A stretch of 64,000 nt of DNA from an uncultured Clostridia bacterium (lineage in GTDB: Bacteria > Bacillota > Clostridia > TANB77 > CAG-508): contig CASYFC010000008.1 in assembly GCA_949482135.1 (NCBI GenBank), positions 14,033-78,032 of the forward strand, written 5' to 3'. Below, in pieces: positions 47,839 through 58,014 of the stretch. Position 1 is the stretch's first letter. Each line of letters opens with the position of its first letter. The notes beneath the pieces were generated by a model. It saw only the letters and a program-made list of their open reading frames with translations, had not been told where the DNA came from and searched no databases. Both the position numbers and the translations under genes were made by a program.

Positions 47839-49053
47839 TTACTCGTGAGTCATACGCCAATTGATGCTTCTTTGCAGATAGTCGATATATGCTGGATTCT
47901 TACACATACCCTTACCAGGTGTGTCAGAAATCTTGGCCACATCTTGCCCATTGCAAGCAGTGGTCTTCATGACAATGTTCAGAGCAGGTACCATTGTGTC
48001 ATTAGACAAATACGTACCAATACCAAAAGCAACCTTTGCACGACCAGCGAAGTGGGCATTAAGATTGTGTGCCTTTTCGAAGTCAAGGCTGTCACTGAAC
48101 AATAAGGTTTTTGTTGTTGCATCAATGTTCAAGCTGTTGTAGTGAGCAATCATTTTCTCGCCCCACTCATAGGGATCACCACTGTCATGGCGTACACCAC
48201 TAAACAGGGTGGCATAGGTCTTCTGGAAGTCTTTAAGGAAACAATCAGTTGTGATTGCGTCTGTTAAAGCTGTGCCGTTCAGTACACCATATTCCTTTAC
48301 CCATGCTTCCATTGCATACCAATTAGAGTATGCAGGATTGTGCTTATGTTCGCCCTGACCAACGCACATAATCCACTCATGAGCCATTGTGCCCACAGGA
48401 GTTACACCATATTTTTTGGCAAGGTATACATTAGATGTGCCCACACACTTGGAAGCATGATACTTGGAGTTATTATCGCAAAGCATCTTTACAGCCAAAT
48501 CCTGAGCTTCTGAAGAAAGACGACGGCGAAGTCCAAACTCGCTGAATACTCCGATGTCATAAGTGCCATCGATGAGCCACTGAATCTTTGTCTGCAACCT
48601 TTCCTTAAAGGATGCAAAGAGCTCATCGTAGTTGTAGTTCATCCTGAAGTACACTTCATTTACAATTGAGAGTACCGGAATTTCATACATGGAAGTATTA
48701 AGCCAAGTTCCCTTGGCTTCAATAGAGAGACCGCACTTTGCTCTTCTAGAAATTTTGAAGTCCTTATAGCGTGGCTGCCAAAGGCGAAGAAAATCAACAT
48801 AAGAACCACGAATCCACTCGATTCCATCAAGATAAGCCAGCTCATCTTCTTTGAATCGAAGCTTGCAGTATTCCTTAATCTGATACTTGATTTCTTCGAC
48901 CATCTCCTTAGTGAACTTTACGTCCTTGTTACGGCACTTGAAAGTCCAAGTAGTCTTGTAGGCAGGAAACTGATGAAAAATGGCCTGTCCCATGGAAAAC
49001 TTGTACATATCAGTTTCCAAAAGGCTGTTGATGATACGATTTAAATGTTTCAT
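47839..49053 (-). CDS. pncB: Nicotinate phosphoribosyltransferase
   Basis: 404 aa. The N-terminus LLETDMYKFSMGQAIFHQF parallels E. coli PncB LLDTDAYKLHMQQAVFHHY. AAGGAGGA SD. Confidence 0.85.
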   Translation of the reverse strand: MKHLNRIINSLLETDMYKFSMGQAIFHQFPAYKTTWTFKCRNKDVKFTKEMVEEIKYQIKEYCKLRFKEDELAYLDGIEWIRGSYVDFLRLWQPRYKDFKISRRAKCGLSIEAKGTWLNTSMYEIPVLSIVNEVYFRMNYNYDELFASFKERLQTKIQWLIDGTYDIGVFSEFGLRRRLSSEAQDLAVKMLCDNNSKYHASKCVGTSNVYLAKKYGVTPVGTMAHEWIMCVGQGEHKHNPAYSNWYAMEAWVKEYGVLNGTALTDAITTDCFLKDFQKTYATLFSGVRHDSGDPYEWGEKMIAHYNSLNIDATTKTLLFSDSLDFEKAHNLNAHFAGRAKVAFGIGTYLSNDTMVPALNIVMKTTACNGQDVAKISDTPGKGMCKNPAYIDYLQRSINWRMTHE

Positions 49054-49195
49054 GTGGAAATCCTCCTTGTTGTTAAGAATGTGAGTTTTAGCTTATTATG
49101 GATCAAAAAATTATATTATATCCATTAATAAGTATTTTGTTACCGACTTATTGTATCATAGTTTACATAAGAAAGCAAGAGCGATGTGAAATTTT

Positions 49196-49789
49196 TTGAA
49201 TAGAAATCAATTTCTAAAGCATAATATTACTATGAAAAGAATTATATTTTATAGTATTTTAATATTTATGTTCTCATGCTTAATAGGATTTCTTTATGCA
49301 AGAATATGGAAAACAAATAATGGAGATGTCGCAATAGATAGTAATAATATAAGTAGTAATACACAAGTACAAGAAACTTATTCAACAGACGAAAAGTTAA
49401 GTTTTAATTCTACTTTTGCAATAAAGAAATATTATGATGAATGTGGACATTTTGAATTTAATTATTCTGAGCTTCCTAAAGAGCTAGTAAACCTTACTCA
49501 AAAAGAAATTGAAAATTTATATCCTGCTTGGACAGTTGATGAATTTAGTTCAACAGGAGTAGTACTATCTAAAAAAGAAAATAATATCTGTAATGAACAT
49601 TATGTAATTAAATTAGCTGATAATAGTGTAGATATATACCACTTAGAACAAAATGGGGAAGAGAGCTTATATAGAACTACTAATATAATGAAGGAATATT
49701 TGACTCAAGATGATATAAACAATTTAAAAAATGGAATATATGTTTATGGAAAAGGGAATATAAATTCTGTTATAGAGGACTTTGAATAA
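49196..49789 (+). CDS. Membrane-anchored protein with a BofC-C-terminal-like domain (sporulation-associated family), tentative
   Basis: TM segment followed by ..HYVIKLADNSVDIYHLEQNGEESLYRTTNI..LTQDDINNLKNGIYVYGKGNINSVIEDFE, which resembles the BofC C-terminal motif from memory. TTG 49196 or ATG 49232 could be the start. Confidence 0.5.
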   Translation: MNRNQFLKHNITMKRIIFYSILIFMFSCLIGFLYARIWKTNNGDVAIDSNNISSNTQVQETYSTDEKLSFNSTFAIKKYYDECGHFEFNYSELPKELVNLTQKEIENLYPAWTVDEFSSTGVVLSKKENNICNEHYVIKLADNSVDIYHLEQNGEESLYRTTNIMKEYLTQDDINNLKNGIYVYGKGNINSVIEDFE

Positions 49790-49825
49790 TAAAATACCCC
49801 AGAAAATTAATCTGGGGCATATTTG

Positions 49826-52150
49826 TTATATACTAAATTTTAATTTATCGTTTTCCATGTATCCATAAATTGTTTGAGATGAAGTAACATCTCCTCTTAA
49901 AATCATTTCAGCAATTTCATCTTCAACTAATTTTTGAATAGCTCTTCTTAAAGGTCTAGCACCATATTTTAAGTCTGTACCTTTTGAAACGATAAACTCT
50001 TTTGCTTCATTATTTAGATTTAGTTTGATTTCTTTAGTATCAAGAGCTTCTTGAGTTTTTTCAAGCAATAAATCAACAATTTGAAGTAATTCATCTCTTG
50101 TTAGTGGTTTAAATGCTATTGTTTCATCAACTCTATTTAAAAATTCTGGTCTAAATAAATCTTTTAATGCGGATAACATTTTATCACTGCCTTCTTGGGC
50201 TTGATTTCCAAAACCAATAGAATTTGTATTTAAGTTTGAACCAGCATTTGATGTCATAATTATAATTGTATTTTCAAAATTAACAGTGTTTCCTTGACTA
50301 TCTGTAAGTTTTCCATCATCTAATACTTGAAGTAAAACGTTAAATACATCGGCATGAGCTTTTTCAATTTCGTCTAAAAGAATGATTGAATATGGTTTTC
50401 TTTTAACCTTTTCTGTTAATTGACCTGCATCATCATAACCAACATATCCTGGAGGTGAACCTATTAATTTTGAAGTTGAATGACTTTCCATGTATTCAGA
50501 CATATCAATTCTAATAATATTATCTTCACTACCAAACATTTCATAAGCTAGAGCTTTAGCAAGTTCTGTTTTACCAACACCAGTTGGACCAACAAATATA
50601 AAAGATGGTGGTCTTTTTGAACTTTGAAGGCCAGCTCTATTTCTTCTAATCGCTTTTGCAACAGCATTTACAGCATCATCTTGTGAAATAACGTGTTTAT
50701 GAAGATTTGCTTCTAAATTTAATAATTTTTCTGTTTCAGCCTCTGTTATTTTTGTAACTGGAATTTTTGTCCAGCGTTCAATAACTTCAGCAACATCTTG
50801 AACAGTAAGTATAGAAGGTTTTAGTTCTTTTTCTATTGCATTCATACGTTCTATTAAATTACATTCTTTAGTTTTTAAATCTGCTGCTTTTTGATATTCT
50901 TCAATTGAATCAGAAGAAACAGCTTCTTCTTTTTCTTCAGCAACTTTCTTTAAGTCATTTTTTATAACTTCAAGCTCAAATAAAGCTTTATTATTTAAAT
51001 TTATTTTTGAGCAAGATTCGTCAATTAAATCTATAGCTTTATCTGGTAAGAATCTATCATGTATATATTTTTCAGACATTTTTACTGTTTTTTCAATAAT
51101 GTCTGGTGTTATAGTAACTTTGTGGAAGTCCTCGTAGTATTTTTTAATTCCTTTTATGATTTCTATTGTTTCATCAACAGTTGGTTCTTCAACAAGAACT
51201 GGTTGGAACCTTCTTTCTAAAGCTGAATCCTTTTCAATATATTTTCTATATTCTTTTAAAGTAGTTGTTCCAATTAATTGGATTTCACCATTAGATAAAG
51301 ATGGTTTTAATATATTGGCAGCATTCATAGAATGTTCTGCATCACCAGCTCCAATTATATTATGGATTTCATCAATTACTAAAATAATATTTCCATATGT
51401 CTTACATTCATCAACTAAAGCTTTCATTCTTGCTTCAAATTGACCTCTAAATTGTGTACCAGCTATAATTGCTGTCATATCTAAAAGATAAACTTCTTTA
51501 TTTAATAATTTTGCAGGTACTTCTTGGTTTGCAATTTTTATAGCTAATCCTTGTGCTATTGCAGTTTTACCAACACCAGGTTCACCAATTAAGCATGGAT
51601 TGTTTTTTGAACGTCTATTTAAGATTTGAATCATTCTTTCAATTTCACGTTCTCTACCAACAACTAAATCTAATTGATTGTTTTTAGCTTTTTCTGTAAG
51701 ATTTGTACCATAATTATCTAGAAATTTCTTTTTATTATTTTTTGGTTTCTTTTGGACTTTTACAGTTTTGTTTCCAGAAGCATCTTCTTGTTGCTCACTA
51801 CTAGGATTAGAGGCTTGGTCTTTATTATTTGTAAGATTTGTTTTGAAAATTCCGAAAAAGTTTTTTTCAGGTGATGATTCATCATCTAAATCTTCTAAAT
51901 CTTCAGTGTTAATTCCTAATGCTTCTAAATTCATATTTTCAGAAAAGTCTTTTAATATATTTTCAAATTGATTAGACATATCTTCTAATTCATCATTTGA
52001 AATGTTAGCATTTTTGGCTAAAACTTCTAAAGGATTGATACCTTTTTCTTTAGCACAATTATAGCAAAGACCTTCAACTGTTTTTTTGCCATTTTCAAAT
52101 TTATTTAAAAATACAACTGCGGTATTTTTATTACATACTGAACATATCAT
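49826..52150 (-). CDS. clpE: Clp/Hsp100 ATPase of the ClpE type (N-terminal zinc ribbon, two AAA+ modules)
   Basis: N-terminal CSVC..CYNC. Walker A motifs GEPGVGKT and [11 protein letters not shown]-like linker. ClpP-docking IGFG loop. No ClpC-type N-repeat domain. Confidence 0.8.
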   Translation of the reverse strand: MICSVCNKNTAVVFLNKFENGKKTVEGLCYNCAKEKGINPLEVLAKNANISNDELEDMSNQFENILKDFSENMNLEALGINTEDLEDLDDESSPEKNFFGIFKTNLTNNKDQASNPSSEQQEDASGNKTVKVQKKPKNNKKKFLDNYGTNLTEKAKNNQLDLVVGREREIERMIQILNRRSKNNPCLIGEPGVGKTAIAQGLAIKIANQEVPAKLLNKEVYLLDMTAIIAGTQFRGQFEARMKALVDECKTYGNIILVIDEIHNIIGAGDAEHSMNAANILKPSLSNGEIQLIGTTTLKEYRKYIEKDSALERRFQPVLVEEPTVDETIEIIKGIKKYYEDFHKVTITPDIIEKTVKMSEKYIHDRFLPDKAIDLIDESCSKINLNNKALFELEVIKNDLKKVAEEKEEAVSSDSIEEYQKAADLKTKECNLIERMNAIEKELKPSILTVQDVAEVIERWTKIPVTKITEAETEKLLNLEANLHKHVISQDDAVNAVAKAIRRNRAGLQSSKRPPSFIFVGPTGVGKTELAKALAYEMFGSEDNIIRIDMSEYMESHSTSKLIGSPPGYVGYDDAGQLTEKVKRKPYSIILLDEIEKAHADVFNVLLQVLDDGKLTDSQGNTVNFENTIIIMTSNAGSNLNTNSIGFGNQAQEGSDKMLSALKDLFRPEFLNRVDETIAFKPLTRDELLQIVDLLLEKTQEALDTKEIKLNLNNEAKEFIVSKGTDLKYGARPLRRAIQKLVEDEIAEMILRGDVTSSQTIYGYMENDKLKFSI

Positions 52151-52340
52151 CTATAAAATATCTCCTTAGTTTTCATTTTTTTTACTTTTGTATAGACATT
52201 ATAATACAATATTTTTAAAATATAGTCAATGGAATTTATTGAAAAAACAAAATATATAAGGAAAAAGTTGGCAATCGCCTATAATGACTGCTACAATAAA
52301 ATTTGACCAATTTGTCATGTTAATTGCTCATTGATTAGTC

Positions 52341-52369
52341 TTGATAAATTTTTCCTTTAGTGCTATAAT
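52341..52369 (+). promoter_or_regulatory. Sigma-A promoter of the 52402 gene
   Basis: TTGATA, 17-nt spacer, TATAAT. Confidence 0.55.
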
Positions 52370-52401
52370 GAAATCAATTTTAGGAATAAGGAGAACTTAA
52401 A

Positions 52402-53277
52402 TTGAGAAGAGCAATTAGAAGATTTGTTGGTTCTTTAACAGGAACTAAAAGATATATGTTTTTAATAGGTTTATTATTAGTATGTGTTGTAGCATTATGT
52501 ATAGGTGTATATATTCAATTTTTTTATAAATATTCAGATACAGATCCATTTATGATAGGTATTAATATTGGAGCTAAGAAAACAGAAGAGGAAATTGCGG
52601 TTTTAAAAGCTGATTTTAATAGTTTGTTTACAAACTCTATTACTGTTCAAACCTCAAATCCTATTATTGCAAATAGAATAGAACTTAATAATCAAAATTA
52701 TGTATATACAGTTTATAATTTAGTAAATGAAGATGAAAATTTCTATACTGTTAATGCACAAATACCGATGATAAATATAAATTCTAAAAAAGTAAAAGAA
52801 ATTAATTCTCAAATTAAAACAGAATTTTATGACATAGCAAATTCTATAATGAGACAAAAAGAAGGATATACAATATATACTGTTTCTTATGTAGCTTATA
52901 TTAATGAAGATGTTTTATCATTAGTAATTAAATCATCATTAAAAGAGCAAAATAAAGCAGAAAAAGTTACTGTAAGAACTTATAATTATAGTATTGCTGA
53001 TGAAAAATTATATACTTTAGAAGAGCTAATAAAATATAAAGGAACAACTGTAGATGAAGTTCAAGCAACAATAGATAAAGATATAAGAACAGCTTATAAT
53101 AACGCTAAAATAATTGCTGAAACATATGGAAATTTATACGAGAGAGATTTACAAAATAGTATGTATAAAGTGGATCATACAGATACATTTTTCTTAACAC
53201 AAGATGGATATGTTTATATAATTTATGCATATGGAAATAAAGACTATACTAACGAGATGGACTTAATAATATTTTAA
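52402..53277 (+). CDS. Hypothetical membrane-anchored protein (291 aa)
   Basis: TTG start with an AAGGAGA SD, one TM, then an extracytoplasmic domain. It vaguely resembles DUF4163/DUF3298 (RsiV/PdaC-type) domains, but I cannot confirm this. Confidence 0.6.
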   Translation: MRRAIRRFVGSLTGTKRYMFLIGLLLVCVVALCIGVYIQFFYKYSDTDPFMIGINIGAKKTEEEIAVLKADFNSLFTNSITVQTSNPIIANRIELNNQNYVYTVYNLVNEDENFYTVNAQIPMININSKKVKEINSQIKTEFYDIANSIMRQKEGYTIYTVSYVAYINEDVLSLVIKSSLKEQNKAEKVTVRTYNYSIADEKLYTLEELIKYKGTTVDEVQATIDKDIRTAYNNAKIIAETYGNLYERDLQNSMYKVDHTDTFFLTQDGYVYIIYAYGNKDYTNEMDLIIF

Positions 53278-53291
53278 TAGGAGGAAGAACA

Positions 53292-54506
53292 TTGAAAAAA
53301 ACAATTTTTGTACTAGTAATTTTCATATTAATAATGAATTTTCTAGCAATTAATGTATTTGCTACTGAAACTGGAACAACAGATAATACTGAGTATTCTA
53401 ATGATGCAGAATTAATAGAATCATCGGATTCTGTAACTGATACTTATGGAAAAATAATTGAAGTAAAAGGTACTAAAGAAGTAAAAACTGGAACTGTTGT
53501 GGATAAAGTACAAGAAGTAAAGGTTGAAATCGTTGAAGGAGAATATATAGGTGAAGAATTTGAAACTGCTTATACTTTATCATATGATATTGAAGGAAAG
53601 ATTATGGCATATGAACTTGAAGTTGGAGACAAAGTATTAGTACAGTTATCTGAAGATTCAGAAGGGAATGTTACAGCTACAGTTCAAGATGTTGTTAGAT
53701 CTGGATATATAATAGGAATGTTTGTAGTATTCTTATTAAGTATAGTTTTAGTTGGTGGTAAAAAAGGTATAAAAGCAATATTAGGATTACTATATACAAT
53801 TGTTTTAATATATCTTATTATGATAAAAGGTATATTTAAAGGTGATAATGCAATAATTTCTTCAATAGGAACATCAATGCTTGTAATTTTAGGTACATTT
53901 ATTATAATTGGTGGATTTAGTAAAAAAATCACTACAGCAGCAATAGGTACTTTAGGAGGAGTAGTTTCTGCTGGACTTATGGCATTAATATTTAATCATT
54001 TAGCAAAAATGTCTGGTGCTTGCGAAGATGCAATACAATTAAGTGTAAGTATGTCTGCAATTAATTTTGATTTTAGAGATTTATTATTTGCAGGAATTAT
54101 AGTTTCAGCTCTTGGTGCTTGTATGGATGTTGGTATGTCTATTGCATCAAGTTTAGATGAGATAAAAATGAAAAAATCAGATATAACTTGGACTGAATTA
54201 TTTAAGAGTGGAATGAATATCGGAAGAGATGTTATAGGTACAATGACTAATACTTTAATTCTAGCTTATGTAGGTGGTTCACTAACATTGATATTATTAT
54301 TCATGGCTTGTAATATGAATATAGTTGAAATCTTAAATAAAGAAACTATTGCAGAACAGGTAATTTCAGCTATAGCAGGAAGTATGGGAGTAATTTATAC
54401 AGTTCCAATTACATCATTTATTTATTCAATTTTAAATAAAGATAGAGTTATATATAAAAAGAATTCAGAAAATAGAATAGATGGAAAAAGAAGTTTAAAA
54501 ATATAA
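53292..54506 (+). CDS. YibE/F-family polytopic membrane protein
   Basis: Signal/ectodomain followed by about 7 TM segments with the ..GACMDVGMSIASSLDEI.. motif typical of YibE/F. TTG start with an AGGAGG SD. Confidence 0.7.
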   Translation: MKKTIFVLVIFILIMNFLAINVFATETGTTDNTEYSNDAELIESSDSVTDTYGKIIEVKGTKEVKTGTVVDKVQEVKVEIVEGEYIGEEFETAYTLSYDIEGKIMAYELEVGDKVLVQLSEDSEGNVTATVQDVVRSGYIIGMFVVFLLSIVLVGGKKGIKAILGLLYTIVLIYLIMIKGIFKGDNAIISSIGTSMLVILGTFIIIGGFSKKITTAAIGTLGGVVSAGLMALIFNHLAKMSGACEDAIQLSVSMSAINFDFRDLLFAGIIVSALGACMDVGMSIASSLDEIKMKKSDITWTELFKSGMNIGRDVIGTMTNTLILAYVGGSLTLILLFMACNMNIVEILNKETIAEQVISAIAGSMGVIYTVPITSFIYSILNKDRVIYKKNSENRIDGKRSLKI

Positions 54507-54542
54507 AAAAGGAAGTTCTTATGAACTTCCTTTTTTATATTT

Positions 54543-55832
54543 TTATCTAAATAAATCAAATATTGAACCAGAGAAGTTTGGCTCTTTTTGAATAGTTACT
54601 TGATTTTGAGACTCTTCTGTTTTTTCAGGAACTTCTCCAAGTTCAAGCTCGATTTCTTTTTCTTCATTATTTCTAATTATTGTTAATTTTACTTTTTCAC
54701 CAATACTATAAGTGTTTTTTACTCTATTTAATTCATTTACTGATTTTACATCCGTATCTTCGAATTTCTTAATTATATCACCTTTTTGTAATCCAGCTTT
54801 TTCAGCAGGAGAATCTTTTTCAACTTCTTCTACATATATTCCTTGAGGAACATTGTATTTTTCTGTAAGTGTAGTATCTACTGAAGAACCTGAAATACCA
54901 ATATATGGTCTTTTAACTTCTTTATTTTCAATTAATTGTTCTATAATAGATGTTGTTGAAGAAATAGGAATCGCAAAACCAATACCTTCAATACCATTTC
55001 CAGCAAGTTTCATTGTATTAATTCCAATTACTTCTCCATTTGCATTTACTAATGCTCCACCACTATTACCAGAATTTATAGCAGCATCTGTTTGAATTGC
55101 TAAGTAAGTTGTTCCATCACTTTGAACTTCTCTATTTATAGCACTGATAATACCAGTTGTTACAGAGTAATCCATTCCTAAAGGATTTCCTACTGCCATT
55201 ACGTATTCACCAACTTTACTAGTATCTGAATTACCAATAGTTGCAGGGACTAATCCTTCTTTTTCTATTTTTAAAACAGCTAAATCTGTATATGGATCTG
55301 TGCCAACTACAGTTGCATCATAAAATGTTTCATCACTATAAAGATTAATTTTAATATTTGTTGCTTCTGAAATTGCATAATATGAAGCTGTATTTTCAGA
55401 AGAAATAACATGATTGTTTGTTAAAATATATCCATCTTCTGAAATAATAATACCAGAACCAGTGGCTTTTCCTTCACTTGACCCAAATATTGAACTTACT
55501 TGATATGTTACTGTTATACCAACAACTGATGGTAATACTTTTTCAGCAACAGCAATAGATGTGTTTGAATAATCTGCTATGTTAATCAAATTTAATGGAT
55601 TATCATTAGATGTTCCAGCAGATGTTGATGTTGTTCCTTTTAAATAAGTTTTACCAACAATTTTTTCTCTTATAGTAGGTACTCCAAAGCAAGTACCTAT
55701 TACTAAAGTTGCTCCAACAATACCTGAAAGAAATGGTACAAAAACTGTTTTTCCAAAGTTATTTGATTTTTTTGGAGTAGTATCTTTCTTTAATGTAGTA
55801 TCATTAGAATAAAATTCATTTTCATTCTCCAT
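54543..55832 (-). CDS. htrA: HtrA/DegP-family serine protease with a PDZ domain
   Basis: TM anchor, catalytic TNNHV / D / GNSGGALVN, C-terminal PDZ (GLQKGDII). Start taken at ATG 55832 (GGAGGT SD) rather than 55895. Confidence 0.88.
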   Translation of the reverse strand: MENENEFYSNDTTLKKDTTPKKSNNFGKTVFVPFLSGIVGATLVIGTCFGVPTIREKIVGKTYLKGTTSTSAGTSNDNPLNLINIADYSNTSIAVAEKVLPSVVGITVTYQVSSIFGSSEGKATGSGIIISEDGYILTNNHVISSENTASYYAISEATNIKINLYSDETFYDATVVGTDPYTDLAVLKIEKEGLVPATIGNSDTSKVGEYVMAVGNPLGMDYSVTTGIISAINREVQSDGTTYLAIQTDAAINSGNSGGALVNANGEVIGINTMKLAGNGIEGIGFAIPISSTTSIIEQLIENKEVKRPYIGISGSSVDTTLTEKYNVPQGIYVEEVEKDSPAEKAGLQKGDIIKKFEDTDVKSVNELNRVKNTYSIGEKVKLTIIRNNEEKEIELELGEVPEKTEESQNQVTIQKEPNFSGSIFDLFR

Positions 55833-56012
55833 TTTATTACCTCCATAAATAAATACATTATTTTTTAATGTATTACAAATTAAGAAAAAATGCAAGTAAA
55901 TGTTGATTATACTAAGTAAAAAACTTTTCTTTTTTCTTGCATTATTTTTTTACTATATATATAATATCTATATATAATTAAAATAAACTTAAAACTAAAA
56001 AAAAAATATAAT

Positions 56013-56657
56013 ATGGATGTAAAAATGAAAGAAAAAGAAATTGAAAGATTAACTATTTTAAAAGAAGAAGAAAATAAATTATATAATGAAAATGTAAAAT
56101 TTATTTGTGGAATTGATGAGGCTGGAAGAGGACCACTTGCTGGTCCAGTTGTTGTTGGAGCTGTTATTTTACCAGAGGATTCTTTTATTGAAGGAGTTAA
56201 TGATTCAAAAAAAGTTTCTGAAAAAAAACGTGAAAAAATTTACGAACAAATTATTGAAGAGGCAATTGCCTACAGCGTAGGAATAGTTGATCAAAAAACA
56301 ATAGATGAAATAAATATTTTAAATGCTACTAAGTTAGGCGTTAAGTTAGCATTAGAAGGTTTAAATCAAAAACCAGATGTTATAATGGTAGACGCATTAA
56401 ACAATCTAGATACATTAGGAATACCTTATATTTCTGTTGTTAAAGGAGATGCAAAAAATTATTGTATTGCTGCTGCATCTATTATTGCGAAAGTAACAAG
56501 GGATAGAATTATGCGCGAATGGGATGAAGTATATCCTATTTATGGTTTTTCGAAACATAAAGGATATGGAACAGCAGAACATATTGGAATTATAAAAGAA
56601 AATGGACCTTGCATTTTACATAGAAAATCTTTTATAAAAAATTTTACTAAAGTTTAA
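56013..56657 (+). CDS. rnhB: Ribonuclease HII
   Basis: GIDEAGRGPLAGPVV, ..DSKK.., ..ASIIAKVTRD.., ..KGYGT..H motifs. Confidence 0.9.
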   Translation: MDVKMKEKEIERLTILKEEENKLYNENVKFICGIDEAGRGPLAGPVVVGAVILPEDSFIEGVNDSKKVSEKKREKIYEQIIEEAIAYSVGIVDQKTIDEINILNATKLGVKLALEGLNQKPDVIMVDALNNLDTLGIPYISVVKGDAKNYCIAAASIIAKVTRDRIMREWDEVYPIYGFSKHKGYGTAEHIGIIKENGPCILHRKSFIKNFTKV

Positions 56658-56688
56658 TAAAAAATAATATAGATATACTAAAGAAAGG

Positions 56689-58002
56689 ATGAATATAATG
56701 GATATTAAAAGCATTATTCGTAAGAAGAGGGCAAAAGAAGAACTAACTAAAGATGAAATTAATTATTTTATTGGTAAGTTAGAAAAAGGAGAAATTTCAG
56801 AAGCGCAAGCAGCTTCATTAATAAGTTACATTTATATTAATGGACTTACAGAAGAGGAAATTTTAAATTTAAGTCTTGCTATGGCAGAATCTGGTGATAT
56901 GATAGACTTAAGTGATATCGCAGAAAACATTGTAGATAAACATTCAACAGGTGGTATAGGTGATAAAGCCACAATATTATTAATGCCTATTTTAGCTTCT
57001 TTAGACATTCCCGTTGCAAAAATTTCAAGTAGAGGATATGGTGTTTCAGGAGGTACGATTGATAAATTAGAATCAATACCAGGATTTACAACAGATTTGT
57101 CTATAGAAGAGTTCAAAAAAAATCTAAAAGATACTAATGTTTGCATAATGAATCAAGGTCTTTCATTTGCTCCAGCAGAAGGAAAAATGTATAAATTACG
57201 AAATGCAACTGCATGTGAAAATAGTTTGCCAATTATTGCTGCTAGTTTAATGAGTTTAAAAATAGCAACAGGAAGCAACAAAATAGTATTTGATATTACG
57301 TGTGGCAGAGGAACATATATAAATAATAGAGATGAAGCAAAACGTTTATCCAAATTACTTGTAAGACTTGGTAAATCTTTAGGTAAAGATGTTGCGTGTG
57401 TTGTAACCAATATGAATCAGCCACTAGGATATTCTATTGGACACAATTTAGAAATGAAAGAAACAATTAATGCTTTAAAAGGAATTATTTCTGAAGATTT
57501 GGGAAATGTTATAGAAGCTCTTGGAAGTATTATGATAGCTTTAGCTACAGAAAGTAAAGATTTAGAAGCAAATGCTTTAATGATTAAAAATACAATTAAA
57601 TCTGGTGCAGCATTTGAAAAATTTAAAGAAATGGTAGCAGCTCAAGGTGGAAATACAGAATATATTGATAATCCAGAATTATTCAAAAGTTCAAAATATA
57701 TTATGCCAGTTTTATCAACAGAAACAGGAACAGTAGAATCTATAGATGCTGACATGGTTGGAAGTATAGCATATTATTTAGGTGCTGGAAGAATGAAAGA
57801 TGAAGGCTCTATAAATAGAACTGCTGGTATTACTTTAAACAAAAAGGTTGGAGATACAGTTACTGTTGGAGAAACTTTGGCTTACATTCATACAGATGAA
57901 GATAGTAAAATAAATGGAACTACTCAAAACTTGAAAGAAGCATTTATTATCACAAATAAAAAAATAAACTTCAAATCAAGAGTTCTTGAAATAATAAAAT
58001 AG
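56689..58002 (+). CDS. pdp: Pyrimidine-nucleoside (thymidine) phosphorylase family protein, divergent paralogue
   Basis: DKHSTGGIGDK, SSRGYGVSGGTIDKLESIPG (canonical: SGRGLGHTGGT). 437 aa. Start could be 56689 or 56698. Confidence 0.8.
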   Translation: MNIMDIKSIIRKKRAKEELTKDEINYFIGKLEKGEISEAQAASLISYIYINGLTEEEILNLSLAMAESGDMIDLSDIAENIVDKHSTGGIGDKATILLMPILASLDIPVAKISSRGYGVSGGTIDKLESIPGFTTDLSIEEFKKNLKDTNVCIMNQGLSFAPAEGKMYKLRNATACENSLPIIAASLMSLKIATGSNKIVFDITCGRGTYINNRDEAKRLSKLLVRLGKSLGKDVACVVTNMNQPLGYSIGHNLEMKETINALKGIISEDLGNVIEALGSIMIALATESKDLEANALMIKNTIKSGAAFEKFKEMVAAQGGNTEYIDNPELFKSSKYIMPVLSTETGTVESIDADMVGSIAYYLGAGRMKDEGSINRTAGITLNKKVGDTVTVGETLAYIHTDEDSKINGTTQNLKEAFIITNKKINFKSRVLEIIK

Positions 58003-58014
58003 AAAGGTTATTTA

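Noticed and set aside
52302-52317. TTTGACCaatTTGTCAT upstream of the clpE-like gene, with one heptad matching the CtsR operator half-site (GGTCAAA on the clpE strand).
   Set aside because: The second heptad is poor (ATGACAA). The site lies upstream of the predicted -35 of clpE rather than overlapping the promoter. It is not convincing as a CtsR box.
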